A stretch of 63,765 nt of DNA, the filler included, from Pirum gemmata (taxonomy: Eukaryota), in assembly GCA_002812295.1 (NCBI GenBank). It is 29 parts of 29 records of this genome, joined end to end, with 100 filler letters (N's around TTAATTAATTAA, not from the genome) between each part and the next. Parts side by side here need not be neighbours in the genome. Positions count along the whole stretch, not along the records: positions 1 to 2,011 come from PDIN01009245.1; positions 2,112 to 4,115 come from PDIN01009246.1; positions 4,216 to 6,046 come from PDIN01009247.1; positions 6,147 to 8,174 come from PDIN01009248.1; positions 8,275 to 10,275 come from PDIN01009249.1; positions 10,376 to 12,385 come from PDIN01009250.1; 23 more parts are not named here. One strand, given 5' to 3'. The position numbers were made by a program, and so were the translations under genes. A model generated the notes under the pieces. That model saw only the letters and a program-made list of their open reading frames with translations. It ran no database searches and was not told the DNA's origin. Position 1 is the stretch's first letter. The number at the start of each line of letters is the position of its first letter. Of the stretch, positions 1-12,385 are shown piece after piece.

Positions 1-1480
1 TAGTGTATACATCAATTATTAGTAACGAATAAGTATATTTTAAGTACTACCACTACTACTACTACTATTACTACTATGTAAGTAATGTATACATCAATCA
101 TCAATAACGAATAAGTAGTTTATGCATAATATTATATAATATACTTAATTTATTAAGTAATGTGTACATAAGTTATTGGTACTACTACTATTACTACTAT
201 ATAAGTAATGTATACATCAATTATCAGTGACGAATAAGTATATTATAAGTACTACCATTACTACTATGTAAGTAATGTATACATCAATCATCAATAACGA
301 ATAATTACTATTACCACGTAAGTAATGTATACATCAATTATCAGTAACGAATAAGTATATTATAAGTACTACAACTAGTACTACTACTACTACTACTATT
401 TATGTAAGTAATGTATACATCAATCATTAACAACGAATAACTAGTTTATACTACTACTACTACTATTACTATTACTACGCAAGTAGTGTATACATCAATT
501 ATCAGTAACGAATAAGTATATTTTAAGTACTACTACTACTATTACTACTATGTAAGTAATGTATACATCAATCATCAATAACGAATAACTAGTTTACTAG
601 TATATTTTAAGTACTACCACTACTACTACTACTATTACTACTATGTAAGTAATGTATACATCAATCATCAATAACCAATAAGTAGTTTATGCATAATATT
701 ATATATAATATATTATAAGTACTTAATTTATTAAGTAATGTGTACATAAATTACTGGTACTACTACTATTACTACTATATAAGTAATGTATACATCAATT
801 ATCAGTAACGAATAAGTATACCACTACTACTACTACTATGTAAGTAATGTATACATCAATCATTAATAACGAATAACTAGTTTATAAATATGTGATTATA
901 TATTAAGTAATAATAATTAAAGTGTATGCATATAAATAAATGTTAATAACTATGAACATTATACAAATTTATTATAACACATGTACATAACCCTAATTTA
1001 TTAAGCAATGTATACATAAATACTAATATTACTACTATGTAAGTAATGTATACATAAATTATCAGTAACGAATAAGTAGGTTATACATAATATTATATAA
1101 TATATTACATCATTAATTAATAATATAAATTTAAATATATTATACGTAAGTTATATATACGTACGTGTAAATAAATTTAAATGATTATATCATAAATAAT
1201 GTATACATAATAATTATGAATAAGTACCACTACTACTACTACTGTATATATTTTATATTAAATGTTTAAAATTTAATGCAAATTTAATGATTGTAATTAA
1301 TATATAATTATGCACATTGTAATGTAGAGATAGGGTTAGGGTTAGGGTTAGGATTACGGTATAAATAAATGTGTGATTTTAAGTAGTGTATACATAAATA
1401 TATTATAAGCACCACTTCTACTAATAATAATGATAATAATAATAATAATAAGTAAGTAATGTATACATCAATTATCAGTA
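1..1480 (+). repeat. Complex minisatellite: core GTAAGTAATGTATACATCAAT(T/C)ATCA(G/A)TAACGAATAA separated by (TAC)n/AT-rich spacers
   Basis: About 12-13 cores by eye. Two variants (CAATTATCAGT and CAATCATCAAT) mostly alternate. Confidence 0.9.
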
Positions 1481-2011
1481 AAGCATAAGCAGATTATGCA
1501 TATATATGGAACCAGATGTGGGTAAATATATGATAATATTATAAGTAATGTATACATATTATAAATAAAGTTCAAAGCTAATTTAACTAATGATAAAATA
1601 ATTTTTTTTTTTTTTAAACATGTTATCATATCATACAAAAAAAAATTCAGCTTGTAGACTACCAAATTTTCCCTCTATTTGGCTGTAAGAAGACTTGGTC
1701 TAAAAAAAAATGATTTCTACAGTTTTATCTGGTTGGCTAAAAAAACTGTTATGATATTGAGGAATGAGTGTTGTAAATAAATAAGCCTAATAAATATATA
1801 AAATTGAACAATAATAATAAGTTAACTTTACTAACTAAACCAATAAAATTAATGTACGATGATAAAAGACAAAGACCCCAAGAAAAAAGCCTGTCGGTCT
1901 TTGTGAAAGCTGATGATGATCATGATGAAACTAGATGATGAAATGTTTTACAGATTACCTGCCTAATCCCAACCTTTTTTTATTACTATATTATATTATT
2001 ATTATTATTAT

Positions 2012-2111
2012 NNNNNNNNNNNNNNNNNNNNNNNNNNNNNNNNNNNNNNNNNNNNTTAATTAATTAANNNNNNNNNNNNNNNNNNNNNNNNNNNNNNNNN
2101 NNNNNNNNNNN
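2012..2111. other. Artificial contig linker (44 N + TTAATTAATTAA + 44 N); first of 28
   Basis: Identical 100-nt spacer with stops in all six frames. Also starts at 4116, 6047, 8175, 10276, 12386, 15662, 17761, 19857, 23475, 25602, 27708, 30632, 32731, 34796, 36922, 39002, 41097, 43222, 45318, 47421, 49525, 51607, 53722, 55797, 57843, 59906, 61983. Plain N gaps without the linker are at 38149-38184 and 52292-52407. Confidence 0.98.
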
Positions 2112-2136
2112 TTTTTTTTTTTTTTTTTTTTTTTTA

Positions 2137-2385
2137 CAGTCAAGCTGGATAAAACAGTATAGACTGTACAGATCATTTTTTTTTCTAAAGACTTCTTTTT
2201 TGCAACCAAATTATTTTTTAAAACTAGCCATTGGTTCATAATAGAGTTTTATAGTTAGACAATTTCTCAAAATTCGGTAGTACTTACATTTTTTTTTAAA
2301 AAAAAATTGGATATTTTTAGTATATTTTTTGAGATTTTTTGGATTTTTGAGCTCATAATTATGGCGAATGTCGTCGCCATGTTTA
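2137..2385 (+). mobile_element. Dispersed repeat family B (~250 bp, probably a non-autonomous element)
   Basis: Block CTAGCCATTGGTTCATAATAGAG...GGATTTTTGAGCTCATA recurs at ~49670-49892 (+), ~51722-51955 (-) and partially at ~1648-1745 (-), on different contigs. Confidence 0.7.
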
Positions 2386-3940
2386 TCCCGCTTGGGAGTT
2401 AAAAAAAATAATAATAATTTCTTAGATAATTTCTATCTTTTTTATATACTAGCTAGCTAGTAACCCCTTAACCCTAAACCTAACCTTAATAATTACCCTG
2501 ACCCTAACCTCCCTAACCCTAACCCTAACCTAACCCTAACCTAGCCCTATTTATTACCCTATAAATAACAAGTCCAAATTTCAAAAAAAAAAAAAAAAAA
2601 AAAACTCATTTGCTATTATTACTTTATTAGTAGATCAAGTTTTGTTTAAAAAAAATGTTTTTTCCAGACATAGTTCGAACTTCTAGAAAATATATTATGT
2701 TTCGATCCATATATAATTAAAAGATCAATTAATTTTCGGGCGAAACCTACCGAACCGAACCCTATACAAGTTGAACTTCGTTGTTGTAACTTAGTCTATC
2801 ATACTTGAACAGGATTCGATAATTTATTTTTTCCAAAAATAATAATAATTGGATATTATTTTTTGATCTTCCTTTTTTTGGAAAAGTATTGATTTCATCC
2901 AACAATTTCTATTGGTTTCTTAACCTCATTTTCATTTTTTTTTTTTTGCAATTTTTTTTTGCAGCTTCGCGAGTCATAAGGCTTTAGTCGTAGGATATGT
3001 TAACTGTAATTGGTCAATATTTGGTTTTGAAATTCAAAATATATTTTTCATTGGTCGATTTGTTTTTACCATATATGCACATAGAGAAATCACAATTTCA
3101 CAGAGCATACCCAAATATGGTGTTCACCAAAAGCCGCACCTCTCACTCGTGTACACAACGGGGTCACACCCAAAAAGTGCCCGAAATAATTATGAAGGGG
3201 ACCGAATTGTTCGAAATTTCTCCAAATGTAAAAGTTCAAGCTAACTTTTTTAAAATAATAATTATACTTGATTATTTTTCAAATCAGATTTGGAGATAAT
3301 GTAATTGCTTTTGATAGTTGGCATAACTTGGCAATATGTACGTTTTTGAAAGGACCAAAAAAAAAAAACCTCATCAATAAAAAATTACCAAAAAAAAAAA
3401 AAAAAAACCCCCAACAAAAAACAATAAAAAAAAAAAAAAAAAAAAAAAGCATGGTAATGGTTAGGTATGGACTGGTATGGGTTAGCGTTTAACAGCGTTA
3501 AATAGCGTTAGGGTTAGGGAGAATAGGGACTGTTATCATACTGTTAGGGTTAGGGACTGTTAGGGTTGTTGTGAAAATACTGTGAAAAGCACCATTTATT
3601 ATGTCATTTTTATTTATATTTTTTATTCAACCAAAATAATAACAAATGGTTACATTTTAGATATTTTAATAAATATAGTCATAATATTAAAACCGACCAA
3701 TTTAAATATTAAAGACGTGTAATTAAATTGCTAATCTACTTTTAAAATTTTTTTCAAAGCATTAGGTTCTATGTCATGGTTGGTGGGTAACTTTTCGTTT
3801 GCACAGAGGGAGGCACAGTTTATTGTTACTATCTAGTAAGTATCGACTAGGACTAGTTTTTATATGGTAATAGGTTATTTTGTTTTTACATTAATTTTAG
3901 AAAATGTTAATTTTTTGAATATGAAATAGTTATTTGATTA

Positions 3941-4107
3941 GCTTTTCATTTATTTTGTCACTCTGAATATTTATTTGGTTGTTTATTATAATATTTAAAT
4001 TAATACTTTCAAATAAATAAATATATAATAAAATACAACAAATTAAATGAAATGGATTTATATTGTATTAATTTGGTACTATTTATTGTATATTTTATAA
4101 TGACAAA
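3941..4107 (+). mobile_element. MITE family A copy (right TIR eroded)
   Basis: Colinear and highly similar to 8416-8593; begins GCTTTTCATTTATTTTGTCA. Confidence 0.8.
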
Positions 4108-5034
4108 GTAGTATCNNNNNNNNNNNNNNNNNNNNNNNNNNNNNNNNNNNNNNNNNNNNTTAATTAATTAANNNNNNNNNNNNNNNNNNNNNNNNNNNNN
4201 NNNNNNNNNNNNNNNAATACTAATACTATGATAATACTAATACTAACTAATACTAATAATACTAATACTAATAATATGATAATAATAATATAATAATAAT
4301 AATAATAATTTTGTTCTTTTTCCTTTTTTTTTTTTGTTAGGGTTAGGGTTAGGGTTAGTTTATATTTGTAATTAGCGCTTATTTAGTTTAAAACAAAATA
4401 TAACAAAAATTCAATTTTAATATCGAACGGCTTAATTTACACCAATAATAGTAACAATTGGGCATCTTACATTTACATATTTAGGAAAAACATGAGACCA
4501 GGATCAGATCTAGCTAGCTACTAGCTAGCTATGATAGCTACTAGCTAGCTAGAGCACTAGCTAGCTAGCTACTGTAGCTACTAGTAGCTAACTCTCTCCA
4601 GCTAGCTCTAGCTAGCTATGCTTCTACTAGCTAGTCTATCATAATATCATAGCTATCCGGTATGTATGATAGATAGCTCTATCATAGCTACTGATAGTAG
4701 TAGTAGTAGGGTTAGGGTTAGGGTTAGTAGCTACTAGCTAGCTAGCTAGAGTTCACGCTATGTTGAAATTCGATTTTGTTTGAAAATTTTAACAATAAAT
4801 AATTAGTTATATTCGAAGTATAATTAAACATTGTCGAACGTTGTTAAAAAATATATATATGACGTCACCCTAGTTAAATTTTTGCAGATGATATCGTAAT
4901 AAAGAGGCCCTTTTCTCTCTCTTTTTTTTTTTTTCGGACCAATTGATTTGAGAAGTCCAAACGGAGAGGGCAATGTGTATGACATCATCAAAATAAATTA
5001 AGATATGATAGCTTTTGCAAAAGAAAATAGCAGA

Positions 5035-5200
5035 GGTTAGTTAGGGTTAGGGTTAGGGTTAGGGTTAGAGTTAGGGTTAGAGTTAGGGTTATTAGGGTTA
5101 GGGTTAGGGTTAGGGTTAGGGTTAGGATTAGGGTTAGGGTTAGGGTTAGGGTTAGGGTTAGGGTTAGGGTTAGGGTTAGGGTTAGCTAGGGTTAGGGTTA
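5035..5200 (+). repeat. Interstitial (TTAGGG)n array, one of many
   Basis: Near-perfect TTAGGG hexamers flanked by unique sequence. Similar arrays at ~9590-9830, 13450-13740, 28943-28996, 33955-33995, 36640-36921, 40150-40710, 48330-48400, 61540-61690. Confidence 0.95.
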
Positions 5201-5449
5201 ACTCTATACAAAATAAATGAAAAAGATTATAATAATTGATGTAGTTTTATTATATTACAAAATGATAAGTCAAAATTATTTCCCATTTATATGTACATAT
5301 AAAATTATAATAGTAAATAAAAATTAATAATTACAATAAATTAAAATCGTCAATATTGTTATCATTATTAATTTTAAACATCACTCTTTCTCTTCATAAA
5401 CTAAGGTGGTTGTGTTGCTGTGTTGTTGTTGTTGTTGTTGCGTTGCTGC

Positions 5450-5585
<136 letters not shown>

Positions 5586-5634
5586 GACGATCAGTATTAA
5601 TAACAATGATAACATTAAATACAACTACACTCTG

Positions 5635-5939
5635 TTACCAATCTATCAAAAAAGAATAGTCAGTAGTATCTTCAACTACTTCTTTTAACTTATTTAAATC
5701 AAGAAACAATTCTTTGTCAAGAAGCCCGTCATAGTCAGAGAAAGAGCTGTAAATGAAATTGTTGTTATTGTTAGCAAGTGTTATTTCAGTTAAACCTTTG
5801 AGTGAACTATTAATAGTTTGCTTTATTTCTTCTTCAATTAGCTTTATTTCTTCTTCAATTAGTTCATCCAAAACTTCTGTTTCAACTATAATACTATCGT
5901 CCACTGTATCATTCTGTTTATCAAAAATTCCTTCACAAG
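5635..5939 (-). CDS. Probable terminal exon of an acidic hypothetical protein
   Basis: Acceptor ttatttattag at 5941-5940, then open frame CEGIFDKQNDTVDDSIIVETEVLDELIEEEIK...SFLIDW*. No family recognised. Confidence 0.5.
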
Positions 5940-5943
5940 CTAA

Positions 5944-5982
<39 letters not shown>

Positions 5983-6011
5983 AGGAGGGAAGAAAGAAAG
6001 GAAGGAAGGAA

Positions 6012-6045
<34 letters not shown>

Positions 6046-6146
6046 ANNNNNNNNNNNNNNNNNNNNNNNNNNNNNNNNNNNNNNNNNNNNTTAATTAATT
6101 AANNNNNNNNNNNNNNNNNNNNNNNNNNNNNNNNNNNNNNNNNNNN

Positions 6147-7592
6147 ACCCTTTTCTTGCATTTCTTGAAAATATTTTATACTTTCATCAATTCTATTATT
6201 TTTAGAACAACCTTCTATTAAACTATTATAAGTGACAACATTACAACTTATACCCCTTTGTTGCATTTCTTGAAAGTATTTTATACTTTCATCAATTCTA
6301 TTATTTTTAGAACAACTAATTATTAAATTAATATAAGTGAAAACATAAGGACTAATACCCCTTTGTTGCATTTCTTGAAAATACTTTATACTTGCATCAA
6401 TTCTATTATTCTTAGAACAACCATCTATTAAACTATTATAAGTCACCTTATCAGGATTAATACCCTTTTCTTGCATTTCTTGAAAGTATTTTATACTTTC
6501 ATCAATTCTATTATTTTTAGAACAACCATCTATTAAAATATTATAAGTGAAAACATTGGGATTAATGCCCCTTTGGTTCATTTCTTCCAAATATTTTATA
6601 ATTTCGTCAATTCTATTATTATTTTTAAAACAACCAAGTATCAAACTATTATATGTGATTACATTAGGACTAATACCCCTTTCTTGCATTTCTTGATAAT
6701 ATTTTATACTTTCATTAATTCTATTATTTTTAGAACAACCATCTATTAAACTACTATAAGTCACAATATCAGGATTAATACCTCCTTGTTGCATTTCTTG
6801 AAAATATTTTATACTTTCATCAATTCTATTATTTTTAGAACAACCATCTATTAAACTAGTATAAGTGACAACAGTAGGACTAATACCCCTTTCTTGCATT
6901 TGTTGGAAATATTTTATACTCTTGTCAATTCTATTATTTTTAGAACATCTATCTATTAACCTATTATATTTAAAAGCAGTTAAAGCTTTCGGACCAACCC
7001 CCTTTTCTTGCATTTCTTTATCAGATTTTATACGTTTATCAACTCTATTATTATTAGAGCAACTGTCTAGTAAATTACTATGCGTAACAACATTAGGACT
7101 AATACCCTTTTTTTGCATTTCTTGAAAATGGTTTGTACTTTTTGCAATTATATTATTTTTAGAAAAACAAGCCATTAACCTATTATAAGTGTCAACATTC
7201 GGACTAATACCCTTTTCTTGCATTTCTTGAAAGTATTTTATACTTTCATTAATTCTATTATTTTTAAAACAACCATCTATTAAACTATTACAAGTCACAA
7301 TATCAGGATTAATACCCCTTTGTTGCATTTCTTGAAAGTATTTTATACTTTCATCAATTCTTTTTTTTTTAGAACAACCATCTATCAAACTATTATAAGT
7401 GACAACATTCGGACTAATACCTCTTTCTTGCATTTCTTGAAAGTATTTTATACTTTTATCAATTCTATTATTTTTAGAACAACCATCTATTAAACTAGTA
7501 TAAGTGACAATATCAGGATTAATACCCCTTTCTTGCATTTCTTGAAAGTATTTTATACATTCCTTAATTCTTTTTTTTTTAGAACAACCATC
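6147..7592 (-). CDS. Pentatricopeptide-repeat (P-class PPR) protein, 3' part of fragment
   Basis: About 13 tandem 35-aa repeats VTYNSLIDGCSKNNRIDESIKYFQEMQQRGINPDI matching the PPR consensus; runs into the linker. Confidence 0.95.
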
Positions 7593-7593
7593 N

Positions 7594-8174
7594 AAAGTAT
7601 TTTATACTTTCATCAATTCTATTATTTTTAGAACAACCATCTATTAAACTAGTATAAGTGACAGTATTCAGACTAATACCTCTTTGTTGCATTTCTTGAA
7701 AGTATTTTATACTTTCATCAATTCTATTATTTTTAGAACAACCATCTATCAAACTATTATAAGTCACAATATTAGGATTAATACCCCTTTGTTGCATTTC
7801 TTGAAAGTATTTTATACTTTCATTAATTCTTTTTTTTTTAGAACAACCATCTATCAAACTATTATAAGTCACAATATCAGGATTAATACCCCTTTGTTGC
7901 ATTTCTTGAAAGTATTTTATACTTTTATCAATTCTATTATTCTTAGAACAACCAACTATTAAACTATTATAAGTCCCAATATCAGGATTAATACCCCTTT
8001 GTTGCATTTCTTGAAAATATTTTATACTTTCGTCAATTCTTTTATTTTTATAACATTTATCTATTAAAATAGTGTAGGTGACAACATTAGAACTAATACC
8101 CCTTTGTTGCATTTCTTGAAAATATTTTATACTTAGGTCAAATCTATTATTTTTAGAACAACCATCTATTAAAT
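7594..8174 (-). CDS. PPR protein, 5' part of fragment
   Basis: About 5 more repeats of the same type. The frame break coincides with a single assembly N at 7593; open to the contig edge. Confidence 0.92.
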
Positions 8175-8415
8175 NNNNNNNNNNNNNNNNNNNNNNNNNN
8201 NNNNNNNNNNNNNNNNNNTTAATTAATTAANNNNNNNNNNNNNNNNNNNNNNNNNNNNNNNNNNNNNNNNNNNNTTAGGGTTAGGGTTAGGGTTAGGGTT
8301 AGGGTACATATAGGTAGGTTATAAAAATAAATGAAACACTACGTATACTAGCTAGCTAGACAAGCTAGCTAGTACTCTAACTATGAAAACAAAAAGTCAT
8401 TTTTATATATATTTT

Positions 8416-8593
8416 GCTTTTCATTTATTTTGTCACTCTGAATATTTATTTGGTTGTTTATAATATTTAAATTGATGCTTTTAAATAAATAAACATATAA
8501 TAAAATATACCAAATTAAATGAAATGGATTTATATTGTATTAATTTGGCACTCTTTATTGTATATTTATGATGACAAAACAACTGAAAAGCAC
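8416..8593 (+). mobile_element. MITE family A, complete copy (~180 bp, ~20-bp TIRs)
   Basis: Left end GCTTTTCATTTATTTTGTCA; right end TGACAAAACAACTGAAAAGC is its imperfect reverse complement. No coding capacity; nine full or partial copies seen. Confidence 0.85.
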
Positions 8594-8629
8594 GTCTAGC
8601 TCTTTTCTAGTAGTAGTTTCAACTACCTA

Positions 8630-8791
8630 GATGCGGGAAACTCCATCGAATCGAGTCCATATCGAAACTTTCAGAAAATTTCGATCTAATTTTTGGTATT
8701 GCCTCACTTTTGAAAATTGAAACTCGAAAAAAAAAAGATTATCATTTCAAAACTGTCACCATTTAATTATTAGGAACGAGCATGTTTTCCC
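8630..8791 (+). mobile_element. MITE-like family C copy
   Basis: GATGCGGGAAA..CCATCGAATCGAG...TTTCGATCTAATTTT..GTATTG recurs at ~29812-29875, ~44749-44831 (-) and ~49152-49352. The far end GATTCGATTGCGTTTTCCC..ATCTCCCAG is an inverted copy of the start. Confidence 0.7.
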
Positions 8792-10014
8792 GTTTATATA
8801 CAACATTATCACAATACGAATAACGCTAACATTGTTTATATGAGATTGAATAACCATGCCAACATCAATACCAACACCACCGCCACCTTTACCCATAATC
8901 AACACAACAACAACGACAACGTTAACGTTAATGTTACCACAACAACGGCGATAACAAGAACACTAACACCAACAACAACATATCCATGTAATAATAATAA
9001 TGCTGCGGATTTTGAAATAACCAATAAATTAAACGAAGAAATTAAATTAAAATACAAGCTTATAATTAATTATAAGTTAAAATATTAATATTAATAACAA
9101 TAATTTATGTAAAGGATTTTGTAGAGAATTAATAGTAGTTTGGACACGAATTTTAGGAATTTTATTCTTTGATGTTATTAATGCTAATAATAACGTTAAC
9201 GATTTTGCGTGTATATATACTAAGCAAAAGAACAAGCAGTAACCATTATTATATCATTATCATCATTGATATCATCATTGCCATTGCCATCGTCATCGAT
9301 ATCATCATCATCATAAAATTTAACCAATAACATAAATCCTAGATAACACACACACAAACACACAAACACATAGACTGAAGAGGGTCAGAGGTAGAGTTAG
9401 CGCCAGGTACGAGTAAGAGTAAGAGTAAGAGTAAGATCTCTACCTAGAGTCAGAGCCAGAGCCAGAGTGAGAGTTAGAGTTAGAGTTAGAATTAGAATTA
9501 CAGTTAGGTTTAGAGTTATAAAATTAAGGTTAGGTGTGTACTGCGGTTTAGTGTTATTAAGGGTTAGTGTTAGTGTTAGTGTTAGTGTTAGTGTTAGGGT
9601 TAGGGTTAGGGTTAGGGTTAGGGTTAGGGTTAGGGTTAGGGTTAGGGTTTAGNGAGTTAGAGTTAGAGTTAGAATTAGAATTACAGTTAGGTTTAGAGTT
9701 ATAAAATTAAGGTTAGGTGTGTACTGCGGTTTAGTGTTATTAAGGGTTAGTGTTAGTGTTAGTGTTAGTGTTAGTGTTAGGGTTAGGGTTAGGGTTAGGG
9801 TTAGGGTTAGGGTTAGGGTTAGGGTTAGGGTAAAAATAAAAAACAGACATAAAAAAAAAGGTCTGCAGTAGTAATATTATATGTCAAAGTGAAAAGCACA
9901 CCTCTATCAATAGTAGACCCTAGCTAGTAGACCCCAGTCTCTAGCTATCATAGTGCTAGCTGGAGTAGCTAGCTAGCTAGCTAGCTAGTAGAGACTAAGT
10001 CTAGCTAGTAGGCA

Positions 10015-10073
<59 letters not shown>

Positions 10074-10471
10074 TCCTACTACTACTACTAGAGTACTACT
10101 AGCTAGCTAGCTAGCTACTAGTATTATTTGTTTTTATTATTGTTTTTTTTTTTTTTTTTTTGGCCTACTACTACTACTAGAGTACTACTAGCTAGCTAGC
10201 TAGCTACTAGTAGTAGCTGTTTTAATAAGAGAGTTTTTCAGTAGTTTTTTCTCTAGCTAGTAGCTAGCTAGTAGTNNNNNNNNNNNNNNNNNNNNNNNNN
10301 NNNNNNNNNNNNNNNNNNNTTAATTAATTAANNNNNNNNNNNNNNNNNNNNNNNNNNNNNNNNNNNNNNNNNNNNAAAAGTCAATTTAACGTCTATATAT
10401 ATATATATATATATATATTGGTAAATGTTTTATTGTCTTTTATTTAAAAAAAACGATAAATTTAGTGTTTC

Positions 10472-12385
10472 TCACTTTACTCTCCTAGTTTTTCCCGAAA
10501 AGGTTTTTCGAAATTCACTCCGTGTTCTTAACGTTACTCGTCTCTCTGTTTCAATAATGTTATCGGAGTTAGCAGAAGTGAGCGCACAAAACAAAGATTT
10601 TTTAACGTTACAACTGCCCTCCCTTTTAAGTGAGCGTCGGTTAATATTACCTGTGATTGAATAACGTTGTTTGAAACGTGGTCTTGTGTTTGTTGTGTTT
10701 GATGATGTTTCCAGTTCAATCAACTGTGGTTGTGGTTGTGGTTGCGGTTGTTGCTCTTGCTCTATATCCTGTGTTTGTGTTTGTGTTTGTGTTTGTGTTT
10801 GTGCATAGTTTTCTTGTTCTTGTTCTTGTTCTTGTTGCTGTTGTTGCTGTTGTTGTTGTTGCTGTAGTTGTTGTTGTTCCTGTTGTTGTTGTTGTTGTTC
10901 TTGTTGTTGTTCTTGTTGTTGTTCTTGTTCTTGTTCTTGTTCTTGTTCTTGTTCTTGTTCTTGTTGTTGTTCTTGTTCTTGTTCTTGTTGCTCTTGTTGT
11001 TCTTGTTGTTCTTGTTGTTCTTGTTCTTGCTCATGCTCTTGTTCTTGTTGTTCTTGTTTTAGTTTTTGTTCTTGTTCTTGTTCTTGTTCTTNTTTTTGTT
11101 TTTGTTCTTGTTGTTCTTGTTGTTCTTGTTGTTCTTGTTGTTCTTGTTGTTCTTGTTGTTCTTGTGCTTGCTCCTGTTCTGGCTCTAATGTCAATTCTAG
11201 TTCTAGTTCTAGTTCTAGTTCTTGTTCTTGTTCTAGTTCTAGTTGCTCTAGTTCTAATTCTTGTTTTAGTTCCTTCTTTTTGTTTTCTTGTGTTTGTTTT
11301 TGTTTTTTACCACCATCCTCTTGTTCTTTACACGGTCGTCCTTTTCCAAAATGCATGGATCTGCGAGTGATTTTTCTTGACAACCTCTTTTCAGGTGTGT
11401 TTCCAAAAGTTCCGAATGAAGCAGATCTTGCATGTCCTCTACCACCACTACCACCACTACCACCAATTTTCGAACCGGATGAGGAGCGTCCATATAGCAT
11501 ATAGGCCGATTTGCTAGACAAGAACGTCGGTTTTCGCTCAAGGCCTCCATGTGTACCCGATCGTGATAATTCGTCTAATGTAGTAGAAGATCGCGAACAA
11601 GGTAAGGTTTTACGGTTTTCTGAATTATTCTGGGATGAATATTTTTTCAGAGAAGTTGCACTGGATTTTGAACTTGAAGTCACTCTAACTAACGAAGATA
11701 GAGATTTACCCAATGTTTTTTTATGTGACCCATGACGAAGGTGTTGTTGCCCATCATCTTGTTCCTCCTGTTCCTCCTCCTGTTCCTCATGCTTCTTTTG
11801 GTCAATTGATACCATTCGCGGCTGGATCCAGGGTCTCGTTAGCTGGTCTTCGAAACGAGCTATAATAAAATTATATAAATAGATAATATACCACTTTCCC
11901 TTGAAAACCTCATTTTGAGGATGATATATATATTCATGAATTTCATCAATCCCATCAACACTATCTTCATTATTAGGACACCATGAAACACTTATTTCTA
12001 GGTCATTTTCGTATTGATCTCGATTGAAATCTATATGTGTAAACTCTGCGAAACTGTTGCTTTTTTGAATACAGCTATTTGCATTACACTCAAAGTTACC
12101 GAATTCTCTAGGACAACTGATGCTACGTATGGCCAGTTTGGAACAATTGAGAAGATGGTCATTATTATCAATATTGAGAAGATTGTCATTATTATCAATA
12201 TTGACACTATTACCATTAATATTACTATCAATTTTACTATAACTATCATTACAATCATTACTAATAATATTGGTTTTACTAGAACTATTATCACAATCAT
12301 CGTCACTACTACTACTAATACTGTGGTCACTGTCATTGTCACTGTCAAAGTTATTATTTGAGTTAACGTTATTATTATTATTATT
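10472..12385 (-). CDS. Low-complexity Q/E- and S/N/D-rich hypothetical protein (partial)
   Basis: Manual translation shows the frame of ORF 10472..11815 stays open upstream to the contig edge (...SKLAIRSISCPREFGNFEC...EISVSWCPNNEDSVDG...RPWIQPRMVSI). A possible GTGAG donor overlaps the apparent stop. Confidence 0.7.
   Translation of the reverse strand, partial: NNNNNNVNSNNNFDSDNDSDHSISSSSDDDCDNSSSKTNIISNDCNDSYSKIDSNINGNSVNIDNNDNLLNIDNNDHLLNCSKLAIRSISCPREFGNFECNANSCIQKSNSFAEFTHIDFNRDQYENDLEISVSWCPNNEDSVDGIDEIHEYIYHPQNEVFKGKWYIIYLYNFIIARFEDQLTRPWIQPRMVSIDQKKHEEQEEEQEEQDDGQQHLRHGSHKKTLGKSLSSLVRVTSSSKSSATSLKKYSSQNNSENRKTLPCSRSSTTLDELSRSGTHGGLERKPTFLSSKSAYMLYGRSSSGSKIGGSGGSGGRGHARSASFGTFGNTPEKRLSRKITRRSMHFGKGRPCKEQEDGGKKQKQTQENKKKELKQELELEQLELEQEQELELELELELTLEPEQEQAQEQQEQQEQQEQQEQQEQQEQKQKXEQEQEQEQKLKQEQQEQEHEQEQEQQEQQEQQEQQEQEQEQQQEQEQEQEQEQEQEQQQEQQQEQQQQQQEQQQLQQQQQQQQQQQEQEQEQENYAQTQTQTQTQTQDIEQEQQPQPQPQPQLIELETSSNTTNTRPRFKQRYSITGNINRRSLKREGSCNVKKSLFCALTSANSDNIIETERRVTLRTRSEFRKTFSGKTRRVK

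Noticed and set aside
1..1100. CRISPR-like array (~36-nt repeats with spacers)
   Set aside because: Spacers are related (TAC)n/AT-rich sequences of uneven length, repeats are degenerate, there are no cas genes, and the context is eukaryotic.
2056..2067. TTAATTAATTAA recurring about every 2.1 kb as a periodic biological element
   Set aside because: Always centred in exactly 44+44 N; an artificial six-frame-stop linker.
2997..3299. 100-aa ORF
   Set aside because: No recognisable motif or splice context; surrounded by repeat-derived sequence.
7579..7600. PPR frameshift, pseudogene or recoding site
   Set aside because: The break falls on a single assembly N (7593) within a repeat array.
9467..9830. 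Exact ~180-bp tandem duplication (also 29725-29797 vs 29888-29960)
   Set aside because: Identical copies abut a single N, typical of unmerged contig overlap.
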